Assembly: GCF_000007225.1 (NCBI RefSeq)
Contig: NC_003364.1
Coordinates: forward strand, 750,001-782,000
From: Pyrobaculum aerophilum str. IM2
Lineage (GTDB): Archaea; Thermoproteota; Thermoprotei; Thermoproteales; Thermoproteaceae
DNA length: 32,000 nucleotides
Reading direction: 5' to 3'
Positions 17,216 through 26,511 of the stretch are shown piece by piece. The stretch's first letter is position 1; every line of letters starts with the position of its first letter. Both the position numbers and the translations under genes were made by a program. The notes below the pieces were generated by a model. It saw only the letters and a program-made list of their open reading frames with translations, was not told where the DNA came from and made no database searches.

Positions 17216-18180
17216 ACGTAAAGCCAGCAAGCCACTTTGTGCCTCCCCCCCACTACGGGCGGCTCCTCCCTCTCGCATTTACCTTTAATTGCAAGAGGAC
17301 AGCGGGGGTGGAAGCGGCAACCAGGCGGCGGGTTAATAAGATTGGGAATAGTGCCAGGAATTGGCTCGAGTCTCTCTTGTGGATTGAGCGGGTTAATTAC
17401 GGCTTTTAACAAGCCTTTAGTGTAGGGATGCTTGGGGTTTTGGAACAGCTCCTCCACTGGGGCCTCTTCCACGATTTTGCCGCCGTACATCACGGCGACG
17501 CGGTCGGCGAATTCAGCCACAAGGCCCATATTGTGAGTAATAAATATTATCGACATGCCGAACTCCTCTTTAAGCTGTTTAAATAATTGGAGTATCTGGG
17601 CTTGCACTGTGACGTCAACTGCTGTAGTCGGCTCATCGGCTATTAATATCCTCGGCCTGTTGCTAATAGCCATTGATATCACAGATCTCTGCTTCATGCC
17701 CCCAGACAATTGGTGTGGATACGACTTCGCTCTGGCTTCCGGATCTGGGATTAAAACGCGGCGCAATAGCTCTATCGCCTCGGCGAAGTACTGTTTAATT
17801 TTCCCCCCTCTATGCGCCGCGATTGTCTCGCCAATTTGATATCCCACAGTGTATAGCGGATCAAGGGCAGAGGAGGGGTCTTGGAAGACGTAGGCAATTT
17901 CAGAGCCTCTTATTTTACGTAATTCCTCCTCTGGCAGTTTTAACAAGTCTATCTCCTCCCCATTTCTTCTGTAGATCACAGAGCCTGAAATTATTTTGCC
18001 CGGCGGCTGAATTAAACGCGTTATTGCCCTAGTAGTAACGCTTTTACCGCTGCCAGTTTCCCCCACTATTGCCAACACCTCTCCCCTGTACAAATCAAAT
18101 GACACTCCCTCCACAGCCCTCACAACACCTGCGTAAGTGTAGAAATACACTGTGAGATTTCTCACCTCCAGGATCTTCAT
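17212..18180 (-). CDS. ABC transporter ATP-binding protein, Opp/Dpp class (OppD/DppD-like)
   Basis: Walker A GETGSGKSV, signature LSGGMKQR and Walker B LIADEPTTAVD. C-terminal 4-Cys tail PPGCRFHPRCPLAIKGKC...VACWLY. ATGA overlap with the permease stop at 18177-18180. Confidence 0.9.
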   Translation of the reverse strand: MKILEVRNLTVYFYTYAGVVRAVEGVSFDLYRGEVLAIVGETGSGKSVTTRAITRLIQPPGKIISGSVIYRRNGEEIDLLKLPEEELRKIRGSEIAYVFQDPSSALDPLYTVGYQIGETIAAHRGGKIKQYFAEAIELLRRVLIPDPEARAKSYPHQLSGGMKQRSVISMAISNRPRILIADEPTTAVDVTVQAQILQLFKQLKEEFGMSIIFITHNMGLVAEFADRVAVMYGGKIVEEAPVEELFQNPKHPYTKGLLKAVINPLNPQERLEPIPGTIPNLINPPPGCRFHPRCPLAIKGKCEREEPPVVGGRHKVACWLYV

Positions 18181-19241
18181 ACCCTAAACTCTATACGTCT
18201 TCTGAACTTGGGGTCAAAGACGTCTCTCAACGCATCGCCGAGGAGATTCCACCCAAGCGCGGTGAGGAATATGGCGACGCCGGGGAAGTAGACCAGCCAC
18301 CAAGCCGTGGGAAATCGGCTACCTCCCATATTTATGAGAGAGCCCCAGTCTACAATTGGAGGCTGCGCGCCGAGTCCTAAAAAGCTGAGACCTGCAGCGA
18401 GTAAATTCACCGTGGCGAAGTCGAAGGTTATTAAAACTACAATAGGGGACATGATGTTAGGGAGAATGTGTCTTGTCATTATTCTCCACGTAGAGTAGCC
18501 AAGGGCCTTGGCGGCTTCTACATAAGTTTTCTCCCTTTCAACAAGCACCATACCCCTAACAACTCTGGCGTATACAGGCCACCAAACAACTATTAGCGCT
18601 GTGAAGATGGAGATGAGCGGGGCTAAGTGTATAGCATCCTCTGGACTAACGCCGAAGATAAACGCCATGAATGTGGCAAAATCAGGATTACTAATAAGAA
18701 ACTCTCTAATTCTCTCAGGTAATGTTGCTGCAAGTGCTAGTGCTAATACGAGCGCCGGGAAGGCTAAAAACATATCTGTAATTCTCATTATAACTTCGTC
18801 TACTTTTCCCCCGTAGTAACCTGCTATTAACCCAAGCAATATTCCCAACGGGACTCCAAACGCTATAGTAACTACCGAAATTATTAGCGAGACTCTAGCG
18901 CCGTAAAGCATGAGGCTAAACACATCCCTACCGTATATATCAGTGCCTAATAACATACCATATTCCCCAGGTGGCACGAGGTAGAGCTCCGGACGCTCTA
19001 AATATAGGAAATCGTTGTAGCTATATGGCGCTACATAAGGTCCTACTATGCCAGTAATAACAAACCCAAGTGATAGCACGAGTCCAATTATACCTGTTGG
19101 GGTTCTGTTAAGCGCGTATAGTGTAAGACGCCACTCCTCGACTCTAGAACGGTTTTTCTCATACCAATCTTTTTTCACAAGCATGAGTAGTCTAACTATA
19201 GCCCAGATGACAAAATCCGCCACCCTATCGAGAGCTTTCAT
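18177..19241 (-). CDS. ABC transporter permease, Opp/Dpp class (OppC/DppC-like)
   Basis: Multi-TM protein with the EAA-loop-type segment YVEAAKALGYSTWRIMTRHILPN. Sits in the operon between the first permease and the ATPases. Confidence 0.9.
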   Translation of the reverse strand: MKALDRVADFVIWAIVRLLMLVKKDWYEKNRSRVEEWRLTLYALNRTPTGIIGLVLSLGFVITGIVGPYVAPYSYNDFLYLERPELYLVPPGEYGMLLGTDIYGRDVFSLMLYGARVSLIISVVTIAFGVPLGILLGLIAGYYGGKVDEVIMRITDMFLAFPALVLALALAATLPERIREFLISNPDFATFMAFIFGVSPEDAIHLAPLISIFTALIVVWWPVYARVVRGMVLVEREKTYVEAAKALGYSTWRIMTRHILPNIMSPIVVLITFDFATVNLLAAGLSFLGLGAQPPIVDWGSLINMGGSRFPTAWWLVYFPGVAIFLTALGWNLLGDALRDVFDPKFRRRIEFRV

Positions 19242-19242
19242 G

Positions 19243-20241
19243 CTAATACCTCACTCGGGGATCTATTAATGCATATAACACATCTACAATAAAGTTTGTT
19301 GTTACATATATGATAGCAAATACAAATGTAGTACCGATAATTGCAGGAAAGTCTAGGTAGTAAATTGATTGAACTGCATATGCGCCTAAGCCAGGCAAGC
19401 CGAAAATAGTTTCTGTTATAGGGGCGCCGCTTAAAGCAGCGCCAAATTGTAAACCAATAATGGTAACTATGGGCACTAAAGAATTCTTAAAGACGTGCCT
19501 CCTCGCCCAATTTGTTGGTATCCCCTTTGCACTGAGGTATTCTACAAAATCCGCACCTAATGTCTCAACTGTTGAGTTTCTTACAAATCTGGCAATTATC
19601 CCGGCACCTGTAAACCCGAGAACAAATCCAGGTAGCCAATACCTACCCACTATTTGTGAAAGTGATTCAAAATCGAGTGTTATAATGGAGTCTATTAGCG
19701 GTATACCTGTAATAATGACTTTTGACGTTGGCACCCCTGCCAGCGTGATCACTCTAAACTGCGTAAAGAACACGAGTATTAATAAATATCCTAATAAAAA
19801 CACTGGCATAGACACGCCTATTAAAGCCAAGATACGCACTGCGGTGTCTATCTTGGTGTCTCTCTTATAAGCGGCGAGAAGACCTAAAGGGAGACCTATT
19901 AGAATGGCAAAAAATATAGAAAATAACGCAAGTTGTAGCGTTACAGAAAACCTTGTAGCAATATCGGCAAATACGGTATTTCCAGTTCTGGGACTTATCA
20001 AAGATCCTTCAAAAAGTCTAACCAAGAAGTAGTAAAACTGTTCATACCATGGGCGGTCAAAGTGGTAATATTCTCTGAGTCTTTCGATTACTTCGGGTTT
20101 TGCCTTTTCCCCGCCTGCCCAAGCTCTAACTGGATCAGCGGGTATGGCGTAGGCTATTAAATATGTAATGAGGACAACCCCAAAGATTGTGGGGAGGAAA
20201 GTCAAAGATCTTCTCAATAAAAACTTCCTAAAAGAGGACAT
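19243..20241 (-). CDS. ABC transporter permease, Opp/Dpp class (OppB/DppB-like)
   Basis: N-terminal FLLRRSLTFLPTIFGVVLITY, the permease core, and an EAA-like segment DFVEYLSAKGIPTNWARRHVFKNSL. Starts 6 nt after the binding-protein stop. Confidence 0.9.
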   Translation of the reverse strand: MSSFRKFLLRRSLTFLPTIFGVVLITYLIAYAIPADPVRAWAGGEKAKPEVIERLREYYHFDRPWYEQFYYFLVRLFEGSLISPRTGNTVFADIATRFSVTLQLALFSIFFAILIGLPLGLLAAYKRDTKIDTAVRILALIGVSMPVFLLGYLLILVFFTQFRVITLAGVPTSKVIITGIPLIDSIITLDFESLSQIVGRYWLPGFVLGFTGAGIIARFVRNSTVETLGADFVEYLSAKGIPTNWARRHVFKNSLVPIVTIIGLQFGAALSGAPITETIFGLPGLGAYAVQSIYYLDFPAIIGTTFVFAIIYVTTNFIVDVLYALIDPRVRY

Positions 20242-20247
20242 GTAAAA

Positions 20248-22461
20248 TTAGGGTTTAAATCCGTATAGCTGTTGCCACAGAGTTGCGTTCCAGTAATAGG
20301 GGTTGTATCTCAGTACTATGTATGAGTCTTGTTGGTAGTCTGCGACATAATAAGGCCCTGTAGATATAGGCTTTTCATGTAATAGTTTATACGTGGCGTC
20401 GTCCTCTCCTGAAGCTACATATTTTGCCCATGCCGCCGGGTTCTTTCCATTATTTGAGTCGGCGAGAGCTTGCTGGTACTTATCGCCTAAGGCATATTGC
20501 ATAGATATTATCATCGTAAATGGTGCAGCTAAGATTGGCAAAATTGCAGGATAGGGCTGCTTTAGTTTTAATTTAACTACGCCAGCTGTAGGTCCTGAGT
20601 ATCCAAAGATTTTCATTAATTCCTCAGTACTATTAACTTTATAGCTTTTACCAGCGTACTCTGTAACTAGGCCTTGGGCAAGTATTTGTTTAAACTCCTC
20701 TTCAGTAAGGACAGAGCTGGCATTTACATCAACATATGTATAGATCATCCAACTAGGATCGAGATGCAGTCTTGCTATTCTCCATATTGTGAATAAAACA
20801 TCAACTGCAGTGATATTGTAAACTTTGTTATTCCAAGGATCATACGCCTTCATACCACCCCTTATTACGAAATACCATGTGGTTCCCTCCTCATCATGTG
20901 CCCATGCCACAGCGCCAGCAGGCTCAACGTATTCAACATTCTCTCTCCAGAATGTAACAAGTGTTGTCCCTATCTGAGTAAAGATGTCCCAGCCGAAGGA
21001 CTCGTAGCTAGCAGCTGGGTCAAAGCTCTGGGGCCACCCAATGGTGGCAATTACAAGAGTTTCAGGGTCGTTCTTATAGTCTTTGATGCCGAGACTTGCC
21101 ACATTGGCATCTGGAGTCTCCCAAACCAAGTCGTACCTCACAAGCTCAAGTGGTGTGTAATATCTGCCCTTTACCCAGCTCCATTGGTGCATGAAGAATT
21201 TGCCTTGTCCTAGCCATATTATAGCAGGATCGCGGTTACTCGCTATAGAAATTGCTTTGTATAATGTTTCTCTTAATTTCGGCTCAAAATGTGTCCTTGC
21301 AGCAACTATTAATGCATCTATATCGTAATTTCTATAAAACGCTGGGTTGATATCAACCCAACCTGTGCTCTCTTCAACTGGCTTCGTTGCCTTTTCATCT
21401 ACAACATATTGAACTACGTAAATCTCCTTGCCCTGTGGTATTTCTACAGATGCCCCACTCCCCTTTGGACCAACTACAACTACAGCATCACCTACGTCAT
21501 AAACTGTTGCGTTAGATAACAAATTGGCTATTTCCGAAGCTGTATTGACTGCTGTTACCTTTAACTCGCTGAATTGTGTACCACCGTAAAATATCGGCGA
21601 GGCATAATTATCGGGATCTAGATAGTCTGGCGACCAGCCAATTATATAAACATCAAAGTCTCCCTCCTCTGTCTTAGTTAACAAAGTCGGCCAGTTCAGT
21701 GGCTCGATAGTTACCTTAAAGCCAAGACGGCCCCAAGCATTTGCCAAAACGGCCGCTGTCTGAGCTCTCTGGTCGTTGCCGAGGTTGTAGTTTATTACGA
21801 TGGTATACTGAGTGGGATCTATACCGCTCTGTTTTATCAATTCTTGAGCTTTCGATATGTTGTAGCTGTATTTAATAATGCCGTCTTCTGTATAACCGGG
21901 GAGGCCCTTTGGAATTATGCTGTAAAGTCTGTTATATCTATTTGCATATATTCTGCCAAGAATGGTATCGTAAGGAATGGCGTATGCTAATGCTTGTCGC
22001 ACCAATGGGTTATTAAACGGCTCCTTGTTTGCGTTAAGTACAATAAACTCTATTACAAATCTGGGTTTGTTTGGATCTTCTATTAATTCTATTTGATGAT
22101 TGCCCAACTTTGTACCTACCACCTCATTTAGTCTATCAAGTGGTATTGCTGCTAAGTCCGCAGTCCCAGTTTTGTAGAGCTGTATACGTGCTGTGGCATC
22201 ATTATTAATTACATATATTATGGCTTTGTGAAAAGTTTTCTGCGGTTGCTGTATCGTTGTAGTCGGGGTTGTAGGTTGGGGGCTTGTGGTTGTCGGAGTC
22301 GTTACTGTGGGAGTTGGAGTTGTTGTGGGAGTTGTGGCTGGCGTAGTTGGAGTAGGAGGAGCTTGTGGTTGCAATAACATAACCGCTGCCAAAGCTATAA
22401 GCACAATGGCAATTATCAATCCAATTATAGCGCCTCTGGAAAGGCCCTTAGCTTTTGGCAT
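20248..22461 (-). CDS. Extracellular solute-binding protein, family 5 (Opp/Dpp cluster), N-terminally membrane-anchored, with permuted motif order
   Basis: N-terminal TM segment (res 10-30) and Thr/Pro linker, then the family-5 SBP motifs (VRQALAYAI, GWSPDYLDPDNY, TLVIATIGWPQSFDP, STGPYY...YNPYYW). First gene of the five-gene ABC operon. The substrate is not predictable, because archaeal Opp-class systems often take sugars. Confidence 0.85.
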   Translation of the reverse strand: MPKAKGLSRGAIIGLIIAIVLIALAAVMLLQPQAPPTPTTPATTPTTTPTPTVTTPTTTSPQPTTPTTTIQQPQKTFHKAIIYVINNDATARIQLYKTGTADLAAIPLDRLNEVVGTKLGNHQIELIEDPNKPRFVIEFIVLNANKEPFNNPLVRQALAYAIPYDTILGRIYANRYNRLYSIIPKGLPGYTEDGIIKYSYNISKAQELIKQSGIDPTQYTIVINYNLGNDQRAQTAAVLANAWGRLGFKVTIEPLNWPTLLTKTEEGDFDVYIIGWSPDYLDPDNYASPIFYGGTQFSELKVTAVNTASEIANLLSNATVYDVGDAVVVVGPKGSGASVEIPQGKEIYVVQYVVDEKATKPVEESTGWVDINPAFYRNYDIDALIVAARTHFEPKLRETLYKAISIASNRDPAIIWLGQGKFFMHQWSWVKGRYYTPLELVRYDLVWETPDANVASLGIKDYKNDPETLVIATIGWPQSFDPAASYESFGWDIFTQIGTTLVTFWRENVEYVEPAGAVAWAHDEEGTTWYFVIRGGMKAYDPWNNKVYNITAVDVLFTIWRIARLHLDPSWMIYTYVDVNASSVLTEEEFKQILAQGLVTEYAGKSYKVNSTEELMKIFGYSGPTAGVVKLKLKQPYPAILPILAAPFTMIISMQYALGDKYQQALADSNNGKNPAAWAKYVASGEDDATYKLLHEKPISTGPYYVADYQQDSYIVLRYNPYYWNATLWQQLYGFKP
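22240..22371 (-). repeat. Low-complexity Thr/Pro-rich linker-coding tract inside the binding-protein gene
   Basis: Encodes QPQAPPTPTTPATTPTTTPTPTVTTPTTTSPQPTTPTTTIQQPQ. On the plus strand it appears as reiterated ggttgt/ggagtt units. Such linkers are typical of archaeal surface-anchored, probably O-glycosylated, binding proteins. Confidence 0.7.
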
Positions 22462-22551
22462 GTGAAAGAGTTTTTACGGGTTTTTTTAAATATTCCCTAG
22501 GTTTCTTACTCTTTACTTATTATAATAGTTAATTCACTAAAAGTAAGTGTT

Positions 22552-25500
22552 TTATTTCTTTTCAATTATTTGTATAGCTTTCTCTAATTGTGTATCGCGG
22601 CCTTCTCTATATTCATGTGGCGCAATTTCCACTTCGACGTCAGGCTCCACGCCGCTTCCCTCAATGCCAGTACCCACGTCGTCGGCCCAGAAGGCGTATT
22701 TAGGCTGGGTTATAATTGTGCCGTCCACGAGTTTATACCTTGTGTCTATCCCCACTGTGCCGCCCCACGTCCTCTTGCCCACTACTGGGCCCAGCTTGAG
22801 GCGTTTGAAGTCATAAGTGAATATATCTCCGTCTGATCCGGCATGTTCGTTAGTCACTAGGACGAGTCTCCTGGGCAACACCAACTCTGGATATGGATAT
22901 GGCTTGAAATACCGCGTTAAAAACCTCCCGAATATGCCCACGGAGGCTCTCAGGATTAACATGCCCGACGTGTGGCCGCCTCTGTTGTACCTCACGTCTA
23001 TTATAAACGCCTCTTTATCCCCCTCCGCGTTTAGCGATTTGAAAAACTCGGCGTAGCCCGCCGGGCCCATGTCGGGAATGTGGATGTAGCCGACGGCCCC
23101 GCCGGTGCGCTGGTGTACATACCTCCTATTTGCCTCCACCCAGTGGCGGTAGATTAAATACTTCTCGTCTCTCACAGTCCGCACTGTAAACGCTTTTACC
23201 TCCCCGCCCCTCTCCACCTCTACTGTCACCACGTCGCTTGTGCGGTTGAGCAGGGCGTATTCTGGAGGAGCGTTAGGCCCGAGCCTCACCCCTGCGATTG
23301 AAATAATACAGTCTCCCTCTCTCACGTCGACGCCGGGGGCTAGAAGCGGCGATTTTTCGTTTTCATACGAGGGATCTCCGACGAAAATTTTCGCTATGCG
23401 CCAGCACTTCCCGTCCCATTTAAACTCGGCGCCGAGGCCTCCTATTAAATAGGGCTTGTCCACTTCAAAGTCCGGCACTATTTCATAGGCGTGGCTCGTG
23501 CCGAGCTCACCCTGCATTTCGTTTATTAAATCGCTGAGCTCGTAGCGCGTGCCTATACGGCTGAGCAAAGGCTCATATTTTTTATAAACGGCGTCCCAGT
23601 CAACGCCGTTTAAATCGCCCCGCCAGTAGTTCTCCCGCATTAAAAGCCAGGCCTCGCGGAACATCTGGCGCCACTCCTTCTCCGGCTCTACGTAGACCTT
23701 CACTCTTCCCATGTCTAAAACGCCGCTTTTCCTGCCCGGGTCTCTGGACTGGAGATCGGGCTTTTTCTCAACGTCTATTAGCCTCAGCCTGTTCTCCTCT
23801 TTTACCAACAAATACTTCCCGTCTGGAGAGGCGCGGAGGGAGGAGGCTCCCGCCACTAACTGATCCCTCGTTTTAGTCTCTAAGTCGTATATCTCCACAG
23901 CCCCCCTCCTCTCTTGGGCCGACCACAAGTAATACCTCAAGGCCCCCTCCACGTCGTATTTAAGCCATGCCACTTTGCCCCCCTTAAGTCCTACCACTGA
24001 GGCGTATAGCCCCTCTTCCACTGGGAAGGGCTCCACGCGGGTTTCAATCCCCTCTAGATCGACCTCCTCCGCCTTCACATCGGCCTTTTTGTACTGAACA
24101 AACGGCGAGGTGTCCCCCCGCCGCAAAACTGCAAGATACGGCTTTGAGTGTTTTGCAAAGATGTAGCTAAACTGGACTGGGTCGAGCGCCGGGTTGAGCG
24201 CCCTTCTTGACAGAAAGTAGAGATACCTGCCCTCTGGGTCAAAGGCTGGAGAGTAGTCGTAAGCAGTTGGCGAGGTGACGTCGTATATTTTCCCGGTCGC
24301 CGCGTCGTAAATCCTAATGTTTTGCGTATAGATCCCGGAGGGCTTGGCATATGCCAGCCACCTCCCCGCTGGGTGCCAGACGATTCCTGTGATAAGCCCG
24401 TACTCGCTCTTGTCTGCCATCTGTACATTGCCTGTGTCGATGTCAATTACCCACAGCTCCCCCCTGTGGTTCGCCGCCGCTATTTTTGACTGCTTTAATG
24501 CCAACGCTTCTATCAGGCCTATTCCCGGCTCTATTCTCTTCACCAAAACGCCCTCCAGATTGTAGACCTCCACCGCGCCGTCGTAAGTGGCCACCGCCAC
24601 TTTTTCGCCGTCTGTGGATATGTGTTTATACCGTACGCCGCCTCCGCGGTGGCCTATTTGGATCACAGCCCCCTCCCAGCTGGGCATGACGAAAGCTTGG
24701 CCCCTGGACACCAGCACTATCCTCTCCCCCGAGGCCAAGGCGAAATACTCGAGGTATTTCACCGGATCGACGAATTTGGCCATTTTCGCCTTCCGCGACA
24801 ATGGGAGATCTATTTCCAACTTTTCCAGCCTCTCCGTAGCCGGGTCGTAGAGCCAGATGTCCCCCGCTGCTTGGAACACTATCCGCTTGCCGTCGCTATT
24901 GGCGTTTCTCGCGTAGTAGTCCTTGAAATTAGTATGGCGCCGCATATCTCGCCCCGAGAAGTCCACTGAGTAAAGGTTTCCCACACCCTCGTGGTCAGAG
25001 AGGAAGTACACCCTGCCGCCGACGATCATCGGCGAGGTTATGTTGCCGGGCAAGTCTAGGAATTTCTCAAAAGTCCTCCCACCGTCTCTGCTTATCCACA
25101 ACACCCCCCTGGCGCCGCCCTTATACCTCTTCCAGTAGGGGAGGTCGTAGGTGTTCCTCCCCAACACCACTATCCCCCCGTCTCCGTATACAAGCGCAGT
25201 GGCGGGGCCCAGGTTGAGCCTCTCGTATATTCCGTCGAGGGAAATTGCGTATAGCTCCCTCCACTGGGGGAATGGGGTTTTGAAGTCGCTGTAGACTAGA
25301 ACTCTGCCGTCGGGAGTCCAGCCGACAACTCTAGTAAAAGGCGTGCCGAAATAGGTAATCCTCTTCGGCTCTCCCCCCTCTGAGGGGACGACGTACACGT
25401 CGGCTGTGGTTCCCTGGTCTGTTTGTTGCAATCGGGTGAAGGCTATCCACTTCCCATCGGGGGAGAACTTGGGCTTTAACACGACGCCGAAGTCTGAGGT

Positions 25501-25602
25501 AAGCCTCTGTCCTATGCCTTTGGCGTACTTCCACAAGTCGTCTTCTGTGACGAAAATTATCTCGTCGCCGTATATGTCGGGGAAGAGGTAATATCCGCGC
25601 AC
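22552..25602 (-). CDS. tri: Tricorn protease homologue
   Basis: 1016 aa. The N-terminus MRGYYLFPDIYGDEIIFVTEDDLW resembles Thermoplasma tricorn (PDIHGDRIIFV..DDLW). It has beta-propeller repeats, ELGTSHAYE (catalytic His region), NEHAGSDGDIF (catalytic Ser region) and an S41-type C-terminal domain. GTG start at 25602. Confidence 0.9.
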   Translation of the reverse strand: MRGYYLFPDIYGDEIIFVTEDDLWKYAKGIGQRLTSDFGVVLKPKFSPDGKWIAFTRLQQTDQGTTADVYVVPSEGGEPKRITYFGTPFTRVVGWTPDGRVLVYSDFKTPFPQWRELYAISLDGIYERLNLGPATALVYGDGGIVVLGRNTYDLPYWKRYKGGARGVLWISRDGGRTFEKFLDLPGNITSPMIVGGRVYFLSDHEGVGNLYSVDFSGRDMRRHTNFKDYYARNANSDGKRIVFQAAGDIWLYDPATERLEKLEIDLPLSRKAKMAKFVDPVKYLEYFALASGERIVLVSRGQAFVMPSWEGAVIQIGHRGGGVRYKHISTDGEKVAVATYDGAVEVYNLEGVLVKRIEPGIGLIEALALKQSKIAAANHRGELWVIDIDTGNVQMADKSEYGLITGIVWHPAGRWLAYAKPSGIYTQNIRIYDAATGKIYDVTSPTAYDYSPAFDPEGRYLYFLSRRALNPALDPVQFSYIFAKHSKPYLAVLRRGDTSPFVQYKKADVKAEEVDLEGIETRVEPFPVEEGLYASVVGLKGGKVAWLKYDVEGALRYYLWSAQERRGAVEIYDLETKTRDQLVAGASSLRASPDGKYLLVKEENRLRLIDVEKKPDLQSRDPGRKSGVLDMGRVKVYVEPEKEWRQMFREAWLLMRENYWRGDLNGVDWDAVYKKYEPLLSRIGTRYELSDLINEMQGELGTSHAYEIVPDFEVDKPYLIGGLGAEFKWDGKCWRIAKIFVGDPSYENEKSPLLAPGVDVREGDCIISIAGVRLGPNAPPEYALLNRTSDVVTVEVERGGEVKAFTVRTVRDEKYLIYRHWVEANRRYVHQRTGGAVGYIHIPDMGPAGYAEFFKSLNAEGDKEAFIIDVRYNRGGHTSGMLILRASVGIFGRFLTRYFKPYPYPELVLPRRLVLVTNEHAGSDGDIFTYDFKRLKLGPVVGKRTWGGTVGIDTRYKLVDGTIITQPKYAFWADDVGTGIEGSGVEPDVEVEIAPHEYREGRDTQLEKAIQIIEKK

Positions 25603-25642
25603 GCCCCGGGGAATTTAATTATTAATAAGCATTATATTTTTC
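25603..25642. promoter_or_regulatory. 40-bp divergent promoter spacer between tricorn protease and the VKOR homologue
   Basis: The sequence gaatttaattattaataagcattatattttt contains two back-to-back AT-rich boxes. Each lies about 25 nt from one of the two GTG start codons (25602 minus, 25643 plus). Confidence 0.45.
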
Positions 25643-26047
25643 GTGGCACTGTATATACTGACGGGGCTTCTGGCGGCGCTGGGAGTAGCCGTGGGGCTAT
25701 TAGGCAGTAGGCTAATTGCGCTGTCTTTACTGGCCGCGGCCGGCCTTCTTCACACGTTGTTTAACAAGCCGAGCGCCTTCTGCGCCAAATATAAAATTGG
25801 CGGTTGTGAAGCGGTGTTATCTTCGCCGTATGCAAGGCCTTTTGGCATTCCGCTGGAATATCTCGGCGCCGCTTGGTTCGCAGGAGTTCCCATCGCCTAC
25901 TACTTAGGCATTGGGTTAGTCTGGAGCGTTATGGCATTCGCCGGGGTAATAGCCCTCGTGGCCATTGAGGCGAAGCTCAGGGCCTTTTGTATATACTGCA
26001 CAGTGGCGCACGTAATAGGGCTAGCCGCCGCCTTTTTATTACTGTAG
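25643..26047 (+). CDS. Vitamin K epoxide reductase (VKOR) family membrane protein
   Basis: Four hydrophobic segments. A loop cysteine pair FCAKYKIGGCEAVLSSPYARPFGIPLEYLG and an active-site CIYC at the start of the last TM follow the VKOR family pattern. Confidence 0.8.
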   Translation: MALYILTGLLAALGVAVGLLGSRLIALSLLAAAGLLHTLFNKPSAFCAKYKIGGCEAVLSSPYARPFGIPLEYLGAAWFAGVPIAYYLGIGLVWSVMAFAGVIALVAIEAKLRAFCIYCTVAHVIGLAAAFLLL

Positions 26048-26482
26048 CGAGTTGATATACTGTGCCAGGTTCTGCGCCGCCTCTTCTGCCATTTTACGCA
26101 AAGCCCCCTTTACTACTGAAGGCGCCAACGTGGCGGCCAAGCCCCTGGCCTCCCCCTGAAATCGCCAATCTACTAAGGAGCCGCCTCCGCTGGGCTTCAC
26201 AGCTACTTCTATTTTAAAATCCGCCGTGGTCTGCATGCCAGTGGCCCTGCCGGTTATTACAACTCCGTCGTCTCTAACCTCGGCGTATTTAAACCTAGTG
26301 GCCATTTTCCCTGAGAGGTGGCCTAGTTTTACAACGGCCTCGCCGACGTATTCATCCCCGGCCTTTTCCACCTTTGAAACGCCGGGAATAAGCCTGGCCA
26401 CCACCTCGGGCTTTGTGAGAAGCTCCACAACTTTAGCGGGAGGCTTGTCCACGTGGAACTGCCCCGACTCGTCTACTTTCAT
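26039..26482 (-). CDS. SRPBCC-fold protein, CoxG-like (carbon monoxide dehydrogenase subunit G family)
   Basis: 147 aa. The N-terminal pattern F.V..P...V..LL..PE.VA..IPGV...E..GDEY, the overall length and the amphipathic C-terminal helix fit the CoxG family as I recall it. Confidence 0.7.
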   Translation of the reverse strand: MKVDESGQFHVDKPPAKVVELLTKPEVVARLIPGVSKVEKAGDEYVGEAVVKLGHLSGKMATRFKYAEVRDDGVVITGRATGMQTTADFKIEVAVKPSGGGSLVDWRFQGEARGLAATLAPSVVKGALRKMAEEAAQNLAQYINSLQ

Positions 26483-26511
26483 ACCCGCGGGAACTAACTA
26501 GTTAATATGTA

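Noticed and set aside
17216-17278. N-terminal extensions of track ORFs: OppF-like to 17278, flavin reductase to 16268, and HEPN from 29968.
   Set aside because: Each extension overlaps the preceding or opposing gene and encodes non-conserved sequence. Internal starts give ATGA coupling or correct TATA spacing.
22240-22371. Reiterated short DNA units as a possible CRISPR or tandem repeat locus.
   Set aside because: It is in-frame coding sequence for a Thr/Pro linker. It has no repeat-spacer periodicity, and no CRISPR-like array exists anywhere in the window.
24075-24446. 123-aa same-strand, alternative-frame ORF, plus multiple plus-strand ORFs, inside the tricorn protease gene.
   Set aside because: They are embedded in a 1016-aa ORF with strong family signatures, and none shows independent coding evidence.
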